Positions 9,918-19,489 are shown, counted from the stretch's first letter. The stretch: DNA of 32,000 bases from Candidatus Harpocratesius repetitus (GCA_021498095.1 JAIZWK010000001.1:3480001-3512000), one strand, 5' to 3'. Numbers and translations are program-made. Notes: generated by a model from the letters alone, not told the origin.

Positions 9918-10357
9918 ATACTTCAACCGTAAAAAATTTCAGTTTTGATCTGAAATTAAATATATAATTAGTTGTTTAGAGATTCGTAAAAAGACTTACA
10001 TTTCTTAAAAAGCAATTAATTTATGAGGATCTAGCAATTTTTATAATTTTAAAGATTTTTGATTTTTTAGCTCAAGATTACTCTGATTTTATATTTTTAT
10101 CCCTTTTTTATTTTAGTCGGGTGTTTTGGATTATTATTTGTTGTAATATTGAAGAAAATGAAGGACAACTTGGACTGCATTTGCATATTAATTGTTTATA
10201 ATGAATTGATAAAAAAGCAATCTATTTTAATGACGAACAAATTGTATTCAAACGATTATTTTTTCCTGATCAAATATGATCAACCAAAATCGCTATTGGT
10301 TAAATCATAAAAATAATTCCATCTATTTAAATCTTTGGAAAGAAAATTCAGAGAAAA

Positions 10358-10618
10358 ATGCCTAAAGTCCACTGAAATGCCCAGAATTTATATGAGCATA
10401 AAGGAAATAGAAAAAATGTAATTGATAGTATTACTGCTTTAATCAGACAACTAAGAAATATCAAAGAAGTTCCACCAAATGGTTTGATTATGTATTCAGG
10501 TCAAATTCCCAAAGATAATAAACTAAGAAGTGAAAAAACCGAACTTTACATAATCGAACCGCCCGAACCAGTAACTACTTTTAAATATTATTGCGCTTCT
10601 GAATTTCTCTGTAATTGA
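10358..10618 (+). pseudogene. aRF1/eRF1 N-domain fragment
   Basis: Manual translation: MPKVH*NAQNLYEHKGNRKNVIDSITALIRQLRNIKEVPPNGLIMYSGQIPKDNKLRSEKTELYIIEPPEPVTTFKYYCASEFLCN*. PPNGL, IEPPEP and YxCxxxF are eRF1 domain-1 hallmarks. In-frame TGA at 10373. Confidence 0.85.
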
Positions 10619-10652
10619 ATCTGTTTTTTTAATGGGAGTTCTTTACGAAATA

Positions 10653-10707
10653 TTCGAATTCTTTGATATTATATTTTTTCCGAAAAATTTTTATATGAAA
10701 TATTAAC
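10653..10707 (+). repeat. Conserved ~55-bp upstream segment, copy 1 (copy 2 at 12589-12642); possible promoter of the array units
   Basis: ttcga.ttctt.gatatta.attttttccgaaaaatttttat.tgaa..attaac occurs at both places, each time ahead of a protease-gene unit. Confidence 0.75.
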
Positions 10708-10768
10708 AACCATTAAGAAATGACAGTATAAAACCAAATAAGAATTCAGTTTTTTTATGAATGTCCAC

Positions 10769-10817
10769 AATTGTCGTATTGAATTTTGCATCAGCTATAA
10801 AAATAAGCGAAAAAATC
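10769..10817 (+). pseudogene. Deletion remnant of protease gene copy A1
   Basis: 10769-10809 matches 14246-14286 (A2 signal-peptide region) with 2 mismatches in 41 bp. From 10818 the sequence matches 15584 onward (A2 stop and spacer). Confidence 0.85.
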
Positions 10818-10859
10818 ATTATAAATGAATAAAGGAAAATTATAGGAGTGAAAATTATC

Positions 10860-11762
10860 ATGAAAAAATCAAAAAGTAAAAAAAAAAAAAGAAACGTCTT
10901 GTTTAAAAATAAATTAGCTGTTTTTCTGATTGCAGTTTTTATTTCCACTGCATTTTTCGAATTCCAAGCCGTTCCATATGCAACGGCACTTTCCACTGGA
11001 TTAAAACCCGGAGATGTTATTGTATACGACTATACGGATACTGGTTCCTATTTTGACACTAATATGTCTTTAGTTGATTTTTATGAATATAATTCGGATC
11101 AAATCGTGGAAAACATATTGGCGGTTAAAAATTCCGGAGATAAAATTGAAGTAAATTTTTTAGTGCAAGATGAGATTGGAGAAGAAAATCATACATTGGT
11201 TCTTAATTCGACATCTCCCATGGGTAGATTAATTATTCCCCAAGAAAATATAGGGTTTAATTTTTCTAATTCAGAATTTTTCAATTATCTTAATAGATGT
11301 TTGAACACAAATGAACTAGTTCTGGCTGGCATTTCTCCTGAAGGAAACATAACTTGGGACTATGAAGTATTAACAAATGGTCATGGTTTTCAGATTAACG
11401 CAAATTATACGAATTATAAATATAATTGCACAGAGTATTATAATTTTTCCGTAAGCTTGTTCTATTCCAGTTCTGGGGTATTACTACGGAGAATTCAAGA
11501 ATATAGTGTTAAAGTACCTCCAGATTATTACCGAAACGGCGCAATTCTTTGGGTTTGGATTAAAAAAACATCTATCAATGAAACTTTATCAACTTTTGAA
11601 GGAAAAGATGAACGTCCATGGGATCCGAACTATATTTATCCGGATAATACTTTAGATGATGGCCAACAAAAACTGATTTCTCTTGGGAGATTTGGATTCA
11701 TTGGAATTTTTGGAGTATCTGTTCTCTTTTTGATCAGAAAAAATAAATTAACAAAAAAATGA
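10860..11762 (+). CDS. Secreted/surface protein B1 with an alternative C-terminal membrane anchor
   Basis: Basic + hydrophobic signal peptide, many N-x-S/T sequons, near-identical to B2 up to DERPWDPNY, then a different TM + basic tail. An AGGAG motif precedes ATG 10860. Confidence 0.85.
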   Translation: MKKSKSKKKKRNVLFKNKLAVFLIAVFISTAFFEFQAVPYATALSTGLKPGDVIVYDYTDTGSYFDTNMSLVDFYEYNSDQIVENILAVKNSGDKIEVNFLVQDEIGEENHTLVLNSTSPMGRLIIPQENIGFNFSNSEFFNYLNRCLNTNELVLAGISPEGNITWDYEVLTNGHGFQINANYTNYKYNCTEYYNFSVSLFYSSSGVLLRRIQEYSVKVPPDYYRNGAILWVWIKKTSINETLSTFEGKDERPWDPNYIYPDNTLDDGQQKLISLGRFGFIGIFGVSVLFLIRKNKLTKK

Positions 11763-11940
11763 AGATGAATTTTACAATTTGAATACTCCTTTTTTTTATT
11801 CCATCTTCTTAATTTTCATTTAATTTATGTATTTGAAGAATTATATCTGTTAAAGCGAATACAAAGTTTTCTTTTTAGATAAGCATCTTCTTTTGGATAT
11901 TTTCCATAAAGTTTTTATCACATTATAAATTCGAATTTAT

Positions 11941-12333
11941 ATGGTAGGTCGCCCTTTAAAGCCCCAAACCAAGATCTTTCGAGATTTTGAGATAGAAACA
12001 CCTTCTGGTGATATAAAAACGCTTAAAGAAATACTAATCTGCTGTCCAATTTGCCATTCTTCTCACGTTGGAAATCATGGAACACGAAAGCGAGGAAATA
12101 CCCGAGTTCAAATTTATCAATGTAAAAATCCGAATTGTGCTTTTCTGAAACACGCAAACCAAGGGAAGCAGTTTACGATTTATAGCAGTCTGATGGTAAA
12201 TTCGATCGTAAATCATTATCTCCATGAAATTTTAGCGAAATTATTTAAATCTGAAGGAAAACTGATTAATATTAGGAAAAACTACTCTCTTTCACCCAGT
12301 TTAATGTCTTATTTGAATAAAAAGACATTGTGA
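11941..12333 (+). mobile_element. Truncated IS1-like (InsA-type zinc ribbon) transposase
   Basis: CPICHSSHVGNHG...VQIYQCKNPNC...KQF. No DDE domain follows. 11764-12085 is repeated at 25844-26177. Confidence 0.7.
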
Positions 12334-12444
12334 TTGAAAGATTTAACTATGAACAAAACAATCGAATCACTACAACAATCGGAGTGAAATCAGATTTTGC
12401 TAAAAAAAGAGCGAAAAGGGAATATTTTTACGCAGAAGTGAAAT

Positions 12445-12546
12445 TCAACTATTTTTCCGTTTTTGAAATAAAAGGTCGGCTTCTTGTAATTGCCTGCGCA
12501 TAACTTTACCTACTGCATTTTTTGGCATTTCATCGATAATTTCGAA
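12445..12546 (-). pseudogene. C-terminal remnant of an acyl-CoA synthetase (AMP-binding enzyme)
   Basis: Manual translation FEIIDEMPKNAVGKVMRRQLQEADLLFQKRKNS* contains the A10-type LPKxxxGK..RR motif. Confidence 0.8.
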
Positions 12547-12643
12547 AGCGCTGGAATGATCAAAGAAAATTATCAAATATATAATTAGTTCGATTTCTTG
12601 GATATTACATTTTTTCCGAAAAATTTTTATCTGAACATTAACG

Positions 12644-14182
12644 ATGTAATTGGTTTTTTATAGTTTTTCTTGTCTTGAAATTTTTATAAAATCTTAATTT
12701 TGATTCAATTTCGGTAGAATTGTTCATATTTTATTTCTTTGCAGGGATGCATTGCAATTTTGAGAGATAAAGGGAATAATTTAAAAGCTAAGCTTTCTTA
12801 CCCTTGGATATGTCTACAAATCTTAGGGGAAATCCATCGGCTGCCACCGATATTGGAAAAATTACTCCCGATCTAATTAATCCGCAGTTACTTTTAGATA
12901 TTGTGAAAATGATAGATCCTGTGATTTCCCAAAAATTGCCTCAGAAGCGAAGTGGATTTTCCTACACCATCTTCGTTTTATTTGCATGTTGTATGCAAAT
13001 TTTAAGACTTTCGCCCCGACACACTTCAGAAATTTTCCAAGAAAAGTGTTCTCGCGCTCAAATTTCATTTCAATCCTACTCAGTTACCAAATTTTCAAAT
13101 GGCAAACAACGGAGATTCTTCCCTGATCAACCTGCTCTTTCTCGATGTCTTCAAACCTTGTCTAAGTTAGATTTAGTTGAAGAATTTTGGAATTCTGTAC
13201 TTTTAGCACATTTATTAATTCTCAAATCTTTGAAAATTATAGGTTCGGATCTAAAGTTAATAGCAGATTATACTGATACGCCGTGCAAGAAAAATAAAGA
13301 CGATCCTTATTGTTTCGGGAAAAAAGAAGGCAAAACAGTTCATCGTACGCTTAGTTTTTCCGTTATTTCAGGTGATATTCATCAAATGATTGCCAATTTC
13401 AAAATTAAAAAGCGTCAAGATAAACTTCCTTTATTTCACAATGTCCATGAGATGCTAATTTCTAACTGCTTTTCCATAAAATATGCTATGCTTGACCGAG
13501 GCTTTTATCGTAAAAGAATACTAAAGTTCTTTCAGCAGAAGCACATAACCGTGATTATGCCAGGAAGAAAATGTGCGCAGACAAAACAAAAAATTATGAA
13601 CTACTTGAATGGAATTGGCAAAAGATACTGCAAAGGTGTAATTAAGGGTAAATACGTAAAAAAAAAGGGGTTTTTACCCATTAAATTCGATCTTCTGCTT
13701 GTTGCTAAACGCAGATTTAATTTAAAAGAAATCATTCAAGATTTTAATCAAAAAAAGATCAGTGAACAAGTCGCCAGCAGCCGTATTTTTCCCCTAATTG
13801 TTATGTTCTGCTCAAAATCAGGCATAAAAACCCTACACGGCAACGAGAATTATATTCGAGATCTTTATCGCCAAAGATGGTTAATAGAAATTGCATTTCG
13901 TGAAATGAATCGGTTTGGCATTGCACAAAAGGTGCAAGATCGCAATAGCCGGCTGAATACTATGGGAGTACGATGCTTTTTGTACAATATATGGCAGACA
14001 CAACGATTTCTAATAAAGAAAAGCGATCCTTCTGCAGCAAATTTGGAATTGAATGAATTTCTTGGAATGTGCTCAAATCATCGGTATCCATTATATTTAT
14101 CATCCATGAATTGAAAGAAGTAATATTATCATGGAGAAATGAATAAATTAATCTTAAATAGAAGAAAAAGGATCAATTACAT
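12644..14182 (+). mobile_element. IS4-superfamily (ISH3-like) insertion sequence, about 1.54 kb
   Basis: Imperfect terminal inverted repeats: atgtaattg at 12644-12652 and caattacat at 14174-14182, each flanked internally by T/A tracts. No clear target-site duplication. Confidence 0.65.
12804..14114 (+). CDS. DDE transposase (IS4/ISH3-like)
   Basis: IADYT, MLDRGFY and LYRQRWLIEIAFRE (YxxRxxxE signature). Confidence 0.9.
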   Translation: MDMSTNLRGNPSAATDIGKITPDLINPQLLLDIVKMIDPVISQKLPQKRSGFSYTIFVLFACCMQILRLSPRHTSEIFQEKCSRAQISFQSYSVTKFSNGKQRRFFPDQPALSRCLQTLSKLDLVEEFWNSVLLAHLLILKSLKIIGSDLKLIADYTDTPCKKNKDDPYCFGKKEGKTVHRTLSFSVISGDIHQMIANFKIKKRQDKLPLFHNVHEMLISNCFSIKYAMLDRGFYRKRILKFFQQKHITVIMPGRKCAQTKQKIMNYLNGIGKRYCKGVIKGKYVKKKGFLPIKFDLLLVAKRRFNLKEIIQDFNQKKISEQVASSRIFPLIVMFCSKSGIKTLHGNENYIRDLYRQRWLIEIAFREMNRFGIAQKVQDRNSRLNTMGVRCFLYNIWQTQRFLIKKSDPSAANLELNEFLGMCSNHRYPLYLSSMN

Positions 14183-14213
14183 AGTGAATGATCTGAAAAA
14201 AAAAAAAAAAAGC

Positions 14214-15590
14214 ATGGCAAAAAAAATATGTTATTTTATAATCATAATTGTCGTATTGAATTCTGCATCAGCTATAAAAACAAGCGGAACAAGCTTAGAA
14301 AATACCAATTTATTGAATGGAAATTTGATTGGTTTAAGGTTAAATTTCAACAATGAAGAGCCCATTAAAATCGATAATTCAGCATCTTTCAAAATCGTTT
14401 CAGATAATTTTTTAGATAAAGGAGTAGATATCTTTATTTATTCGAAATTGGGGAATTTTCTTTTTGATAACTTTGAAGTATCGGTAAAGAACTATTTCTA
14501 TCAAGATAAAATTCAGAAATTAGATTTATATATTGAAAATTCGACTATTGGCTTCTTTGCCGAAATTCACCATCAAGCGAACTATGTAAGAATTGATTTT
14601 GCCTTTGAGTATAATTCCTCCCAACTTTCTTTCATGGGGTTATTTCAATCATCAAATTTAGAGAGGATTTACTCTGAATTTAATCGAGTAACAGAAAAAC
14701 AGAAGAATTTTATTTGCGATTCAAAAAACACTATCTTGGATATTAATCAGATTAATATGATATCAAAAAAAGAGTCGGAGAAATTTCTAAACAGCATTCA
14801 TTTCCAATATCTAAATCCTAGTGGTTTTGGAGAATCATTAAAAAGTGATGGAAGCTCGTTGCTATGTTGACGACCGCCTCAAGCATCAGGTTTAGTCATT
14901 AGAGATTATATGATTATTCATCAAAGTGGGGGAACTTACAAAATTGGAAATGATGATTTTCCTATAGACATTGTAAATTATATGGAATCGAATCCCAATG
15001 TTGATATAGATGTCGGAATTGCTCGAATCGGGCCTTCAGAAAGCCAAATAAAAAGTGATCTTCAATATTATAACAAGGATACTGAATATTTTGGATCTTT
15101 GCGAACAATTAGGAATATTGTTGCTTATGAATGGTTTGGCCATGGAGGCTCAAATCGTGAATGGATAATTCAGCAAGAAGTATATGACTATAAATTTCAA
15201 TTGTATATATGGCAAGAAGTAGGTAGGATTTATCCTGATGAAATTTCATCCCTCTGGGGTGATTCATCTTCAGGAAATTATGTTTACCATGTTTTTATGG
15301 ATAATGCAATAATTCTAGCATTTGCCTGTCAAAATTGGGGAACAACATTATCTTCCACACCAAACATGGGATCAGCATTTGTATATGATGGATATGCATC
15401 CAGTTGGGTTGGTTTTACAATAGATTTGCCCCAAACCAGCACTGATGATTGTTCAGAAACATTTTGGTATGCTTTTTGCAACAATGGAGCGGATGTCGAG
15501 GATGCAACAATTGCGATGTGTGATCTTTATCTTGATTTTGAATATGGAGATAATTGTGGTATTTATGGTTCTATTTCACAAAAATTATAA
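14214..15590 (+). pseudogene. Secreted clan-CD-like cysteine protease A2, split by one in-frame TGA (14868-14870)
   Basis: ORFs 14139..14870 and 14910..15590 are in the same frame with 13 sense codons between them, collinear with intact A3. The start at ATG 14214 is chosen by comparison with A3. FGHGG and FACQNWG are retained. Confidence 0.85.
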
Positions 15591-15625
15591 ATGAATAAAG
15601 GAAAATTATAGGAGTGAAAATTATC

Positions 15626-16534
15626 ATGAAAAAATCAAAAAGTAAAAAAAAAGAAAGAAACGTCTTGTTTAAAAATAAATTAGCTGTTTTTCTAATTGCA
15701 GTTTTTATTTCCAATGCATTTTTTGAATTCCAAGCCGTTCCATATGCAACGGCACTTTCCACTGGATTAAAACCCGGAGATGTTATTGTATACGATTATA
15801 CGGATACTAGTTCCTATTTTGACACTAATATGTCTTTAGTTGATTTTTATGAACATATTTCGACCCAAATCGTGGAAAACATATTGGCGGTTAAAAATTT
15901 CGAAGATAAAATTGAAATAGATTTTAAATTGCAATTACCATATGAGAATAAGGAAGAAAATCATACATGGGTTCTTAATTCGACTCTTTACTTAGGTAGC
16001 TCTCCTATTCCCCAAGAAAATATAGGGTTTAATTTTTCTGATTCAGAATTTTTCAATTATCTTAATAGATGTTTGAACATAAATGAACTAGTTCTGGCTG
16101 GCATTTCTCCTGAAGGAAACATAACTTGGGATTATGAAGTATTAACAAATGGTCTTGGATTTCAGATTAACGCAAATTATACGAATTATAAATATAATTA
16201 CACAAAGTATTACAATTTTTCCGTGAGCTTGTTCTATTCCAGTTCTGGGGTATTACTGCGGAGAATTCAAGAATTTAGTGTTAAAGTACCTCCAGATTAT
16301 TATCAAGACGGCGCAATTCTTTGGGTTTGGAGTAAAAAAACATCTATCAATGTAACTTTATCTAATTTTGACGGTAAAGATGAACGTCCTTGGGATCCGA
16401 ATTATACTTATCCTAGTGATATTTCAGAAAACGGAAACATTCCCGGTTATAATTTAGGCATTTTTATAGGAATTATGTTTACCGCTTCACTCTTCATTAT
16501 AAGAAAGCGAAAACACAAGTATTACAACGATTGA
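15626..16534 (+). CDS. Surface protein B2 with a Loki-CTERM-type sorting signal
   Basis: Signal peptide; C-terminus NIPGYNLGIFIGIMFTASLFIIRKRKHK (IPGY + TM + basic cluster). Confidence 0.85.
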   Translation: MKKSKSKKKERNVLFKNKLAVFLIAVFISNAFFEFQAVPYATALSTGLKPGDVIVYDYTDTSSYFDTNMSLVDFYEHISTQIVENILAVKNFEDKIEIDFKLQLPYENKEENHTWVLNSTLYLGSSPIPQENIGFNFSDSEFFNYLNRCLNINELVLAGISPEGNITWDYEVLTNGLGFQINANYTNYKYNYTKYYNFSVSLFYSSSGVLLRRIQEFSVKVPPDYYQDGAILWVWSKKTSINVTLSNFDGKDERPWDPNYTYPSDISENGNIPGYNLGIFIGIMFTASLFIIRKRKHKYYND

Positions 16535-16709
16535 TTATTCATTTTCTTTCTTTTTTCAATATTGCCTATATTAATAAATTTCTAAGTCAGTTTGGTAAAA
16601 TTTTTATTTTTTATAGAAATCAGTTAAAAAATATCGGTTATATCAATAACATAAATCTGGATTAACAAGATTTTATGATTTTCCGGTAAAAGAACGACGA
16701 AATTCTAAA

Positions 16710-16943
16710 ATGGAGCAAAAATTTGGTCAAGAGAAATCAAATTTCATCCAACGCAGTGGGAAGGCAAATATAAGCAGTCAAATTCGTGTTAGAAGGATAT
16801 TTAAATTAAAAATTCAAAATACATCGCTTTCTGAAATAGAATCATACATAGATTCTCCTGAACGTTCATATTCTCGAGACAAGATACATCAAAGATTAAC
16901 AATGCTAAAAGAAAGGCAAGAATTTGAAAAAAAATCTTACTAA
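16710..16943 (+). CDS. Small basic hypothetical protein
   Basis: 77-aa ORF between units 2 and 3; no motif recognised. Confidence 0.4.
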   Translation: MEQKFGQEKSNFIQRSGKANISSQIRVRRIFKLKIQNTSLSEIESYIDSPERSYSRDKIHQRLTMLKERQEFEKKSY

Positions 16944-17087
16944 TTTCCCAATTGATTTTTCACTTTTCACAAGTTCAATCATAAAGATATCATAAAAAAA
17001 TCAACCAACTTTGCGAGAACAATTATCTGTTTTAACTATAGGAGAAAGCAAAAACTTTATAAATATAAGAAAATAAAAAAAAAAAAC

Positions 17088-18461
17088 ATGACAAAAAGAG
17101 AAATATGTTATTTAATAATCTTATTTGTCGTTTTTATTTCCGCTTCAACTTTAAAAACCAATGGAATAAACGTAGAAAATTCCACTTTACTAAATGGGAA
17201 CCTTATCGGTTATAGATTAAATTTAAATGATGAACAACCTATGAAAATAGATAGTGAAGCATCATTTAATATTATCTTGGATAATTTTCAAGAAAAAAAA
17301 GTATGGATATTTTTTTATTCTCGATTCGGTGATTTTATATTTGATAATTTTGAATTATCTATCAAGAATTATTTATATCAAGGAAAAATCCAAAAATTCG
17401 ATTTATATATTGAAAACTCAAGTATGGGTTTTTTTGCAGAAATTCATCATCAGGCAAATTATTTAAGAATTGATTTTGCATTTGAAAAAAATGAATCTCA
17501 ATTTTCATTCATGGGTTTATCTCAGTCAAATAATTTAGAAGGATTTTGTTCAATTTTTAATCAATTATCGCCGAATAAGGAACAAGTGTTATGTAAAAAA
17601 AAAAGTATTAATCTAGATCTTAATCAGATTAAACTGTTATCAAAAAAAGAGTCTGAAAATTTTATAAATAGTATTAATTTTCATAGATTCAATGACCTTA
17701 ACCATGATTTATCCAAAGGTGGCAATACTCAACTAATTAAACAAAAACCTCGGGTTTCGGGTTACACAATTACAAAAGATATGATTATTCATCAAAGTGG
17801 GGGAACTGCAGAAATTGTAAATGATGATTTTCCAATAAACATTGTAAATTATATGGAATCTAATCCCAATGTTGATATAGAGGTCGGAATTGCTCGAATC
17901 GGGCCGTCAGAAAGCCAAATAAAAAGTGATCTCCAGTATTATAATAAAGATACAGAATATTGCTATTCAATTAGATCTATACGCGATATTGTTGCTTATG
18001 AGTGGTTCGGTCATGGTGGTTCAAACCGTGAATGGATAATTCAACAAGAGACATATGACTATAATATTGGATGGTATGAATGGCAAGAAGTTGGTAGAAT
18101 TTATCCATCTGAAATTACTTCTCTTTGGGGTGATTCATCCTCAGGAAATTATAATTATCATGTTTTTATGGATAATGCAATAATTTTGACATTCGCATGT
18201 CAGAATTGGGGAACAACATTATCTACAAACCCGATTATGGGGTCCGCATTTGTAGATGATGGTTATGCATCCAGTTGGGTTGGTTTTACTATAGATCTAC
18301 CGCAAGATATCACCGATGATTGTTCGGAAGCGTTTTGGTATGAATTTTGTTCGATCGGAAAAAATGTAGAGGACGCAACAATCGCTTTATGCGATATTTC
18401 AACAATTTTTAGTTATGGAGTCAATTGTGGAATTTATGGTTCTATTTCACAAACATTATAA
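17088..18461 (+). CDS. Secreted clan-CD-like (caspase/gingipain-fold) cysteine protease A3, intact
   Basis: Signal peptide, ~200-aa N-domain, then EWFGHGG (His codon at 18012), ILTFACQNWG (Cys codon at 18198), SWVGFT and FWYEFC..GKNVEDA. An A-tract and TTTATAAATA lie upstream. Confidence 0.72.
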   Translation: MTKREICYLIILFVVFISASTLKTNGINVENSTLLNGNLIGYRLNLNDEQPMKIDSEASFNIILDNFQEKKVWIFFYSRFGDFIFDNFELSIKNYLYQGKIQKFDLYIENSSMGFFAEIHHQANYLRIDFAFEKNESQFSFMGLSQSNNLEGFCSIFNQLSPNKEQVLCKKKSINLDLNQIKLLSKKESENFINSINFHRFNDLNHDLSKGGNTQLIKQKPRVSGYTITKDMIIHQSGGTAEIVNDDFPINIVNYMESNPNVDIEVGIARIGPSESQIKSDLQYYNKDTEYCYSIRSIRDIVAYEWFGHGGSNREWIIQQETYDYNIGWYEWQEVGRIYPSEITSLWGDSSSGNYNYHVFMDNAIILTFACQNWGTTLSTNPIMGSAFVDDGYASSWVGFTIDLPQDITDDCSEAFWYEFCSIGKNVEDATIALCDISTIFSYGVNCGIYGSISQTL

Positions 18462-18491
18462 AAAAATTTTTTCAAAGGAGGAAATTTAAAA

Positions 18492-19394
18492 GTGAAAAGT
18501 CAAAAAATAAAAAAAAAAAGATTTCAACTCTCGAAATATTCGATCATATTTTTAATAAGTGCATTTATTTTTTTTCCTATATTTTACGAATTACATGCCA
18601 TTCCATACGCATCGGCATTTTCTACAGGATTGAAGCCGGGAGATGTTATCGTGGATGAATTTATAGATATGAATTCTTATTACGATTCAAATATGACATT
18701 ACTTGATTTTTACATAGATCAGAAGAAGATGACAACAAATATTACAGATATTAGATATTTGAACGAAAACATTGAAATTCACCTTGTATACCGAGATCTT
18801 ATTATGGAAAAAGACGAAATCGGCGTTGTTATCATTAATTCGTCCCTACCTCTGGGAACTGCTTATATCCCCCAAGAATATATCGGGTTCAATTTTTCCG
18901 ATTCAGCATTTCTTGACTATATTAATTTTTATTTCGAGCATAGAATTATGGAAGATGATCGCCCTGAAGGAAATTTTACTTGGAATCATGAAATATTGGC
19001 AAAAGGTCTCGGTTTTCGGATTAATGCGAATTATACGAATTATAAATTTAATTGCACAAAAGAATACAATTTAACTGTAAGTTTGTATTATTCCCGTTCT
19101 GGAGTTTTACTGCGGAGAATTGAAGAATTGCGGATTAAATTACCGCCTAATTATAATTATAGTATTGACAATACAGTACTTATTGTTTCGAATAAAAACA
19201 CATTTATCAATTCCACTTTATCTAATTTTGACGGTAAAGATGAACGTCCTTGGGATCCAAATTATACTTATCCAAGTGTTATTTCAGAAAACGAAAACAT
19301 TCCCGGTTATAATATAGGCATTTTTATAGGATTTGTGTGTACCGCTTCACTCTTCATTATAAGAAAGCGAAAACACAAATATTACAACGATTGA
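18492..19394 (+). CDS. Surface protein B3 with a Loki-CTERM-type sorting signal
   Basis: Divergent paralogue of B1/B2; ends NIPGYNIGIFIGFVCTASLFIIRKRKHK. AAGGAGG precedes GTG 18492. Confidence 0.85.
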   Translation: MKSQKIKKKRFQLSKYSIIFLISAFIFFPIFYELHAIPYASAFSTGLKPGDVIVDEFIDMNSYYDSNMTLLDFYIDQKKMTTNITDIRYLNENIEIHLVYRDLIMEKDEIGVVIINSSLPLGTAYIPQEYIGFNFSDSAFLDYINFYFEHRIMEDDRPEGNFTWNHEILAKGLGFRINANYTNYKFNCTKEYNLTVSLYYSRSGVLLRRIEELRIKLPPNYNYSIDNTVLIVSNKNTFINSTLSNFDGKDERPWDPNYTYPSVISENENIPGYNIGIFIGFVCTASLFIIRKRKHKYYND

Positions 19395-19423
19395 TTATTC
19401 ATTTTCCTTCTTTTTTCAATATT

Positions 19424-19489
19424 GCCTATATTAATAAATTTCAAAGCCGATATTAACAAATTTTTAAGCCTATATTAATAAATTTTAAA
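19424..19489. repeat. 22-bp direct repeat x3 (gcctatattaataaattt(c/t)aaa-like)
   Basis: Units at 19424, 19446 and 19468. One copy is present at 16564 after B2. Confidence 0.85.

Noticed and set aside
10703-10996. Duplicated minus-strand ORF MESAVAYGTAWNSKNA (also 15571..15762)
   Set aside because: Antisense to the B1/B2 5' ends; its conservation follows from the B duplication.
14139-14213. N-terminal extension of A2 from ATG 14139
   Set aside because: It runs through the IS right end and the poly-A tract; A3 supports a start at 14214.
5402-14870. Three in-frame TGA codons (5402, 10373, 14868), suggesting UGA recoding or selenocysteine
   Set aside because: TGA is the true stop of several intact genes here (e.g. 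6437, 11762, 14114, 16534, 19394). None of the three positions aligns with Cys as far as I can judge, and other lesions in the window are TAA or frameshifts.
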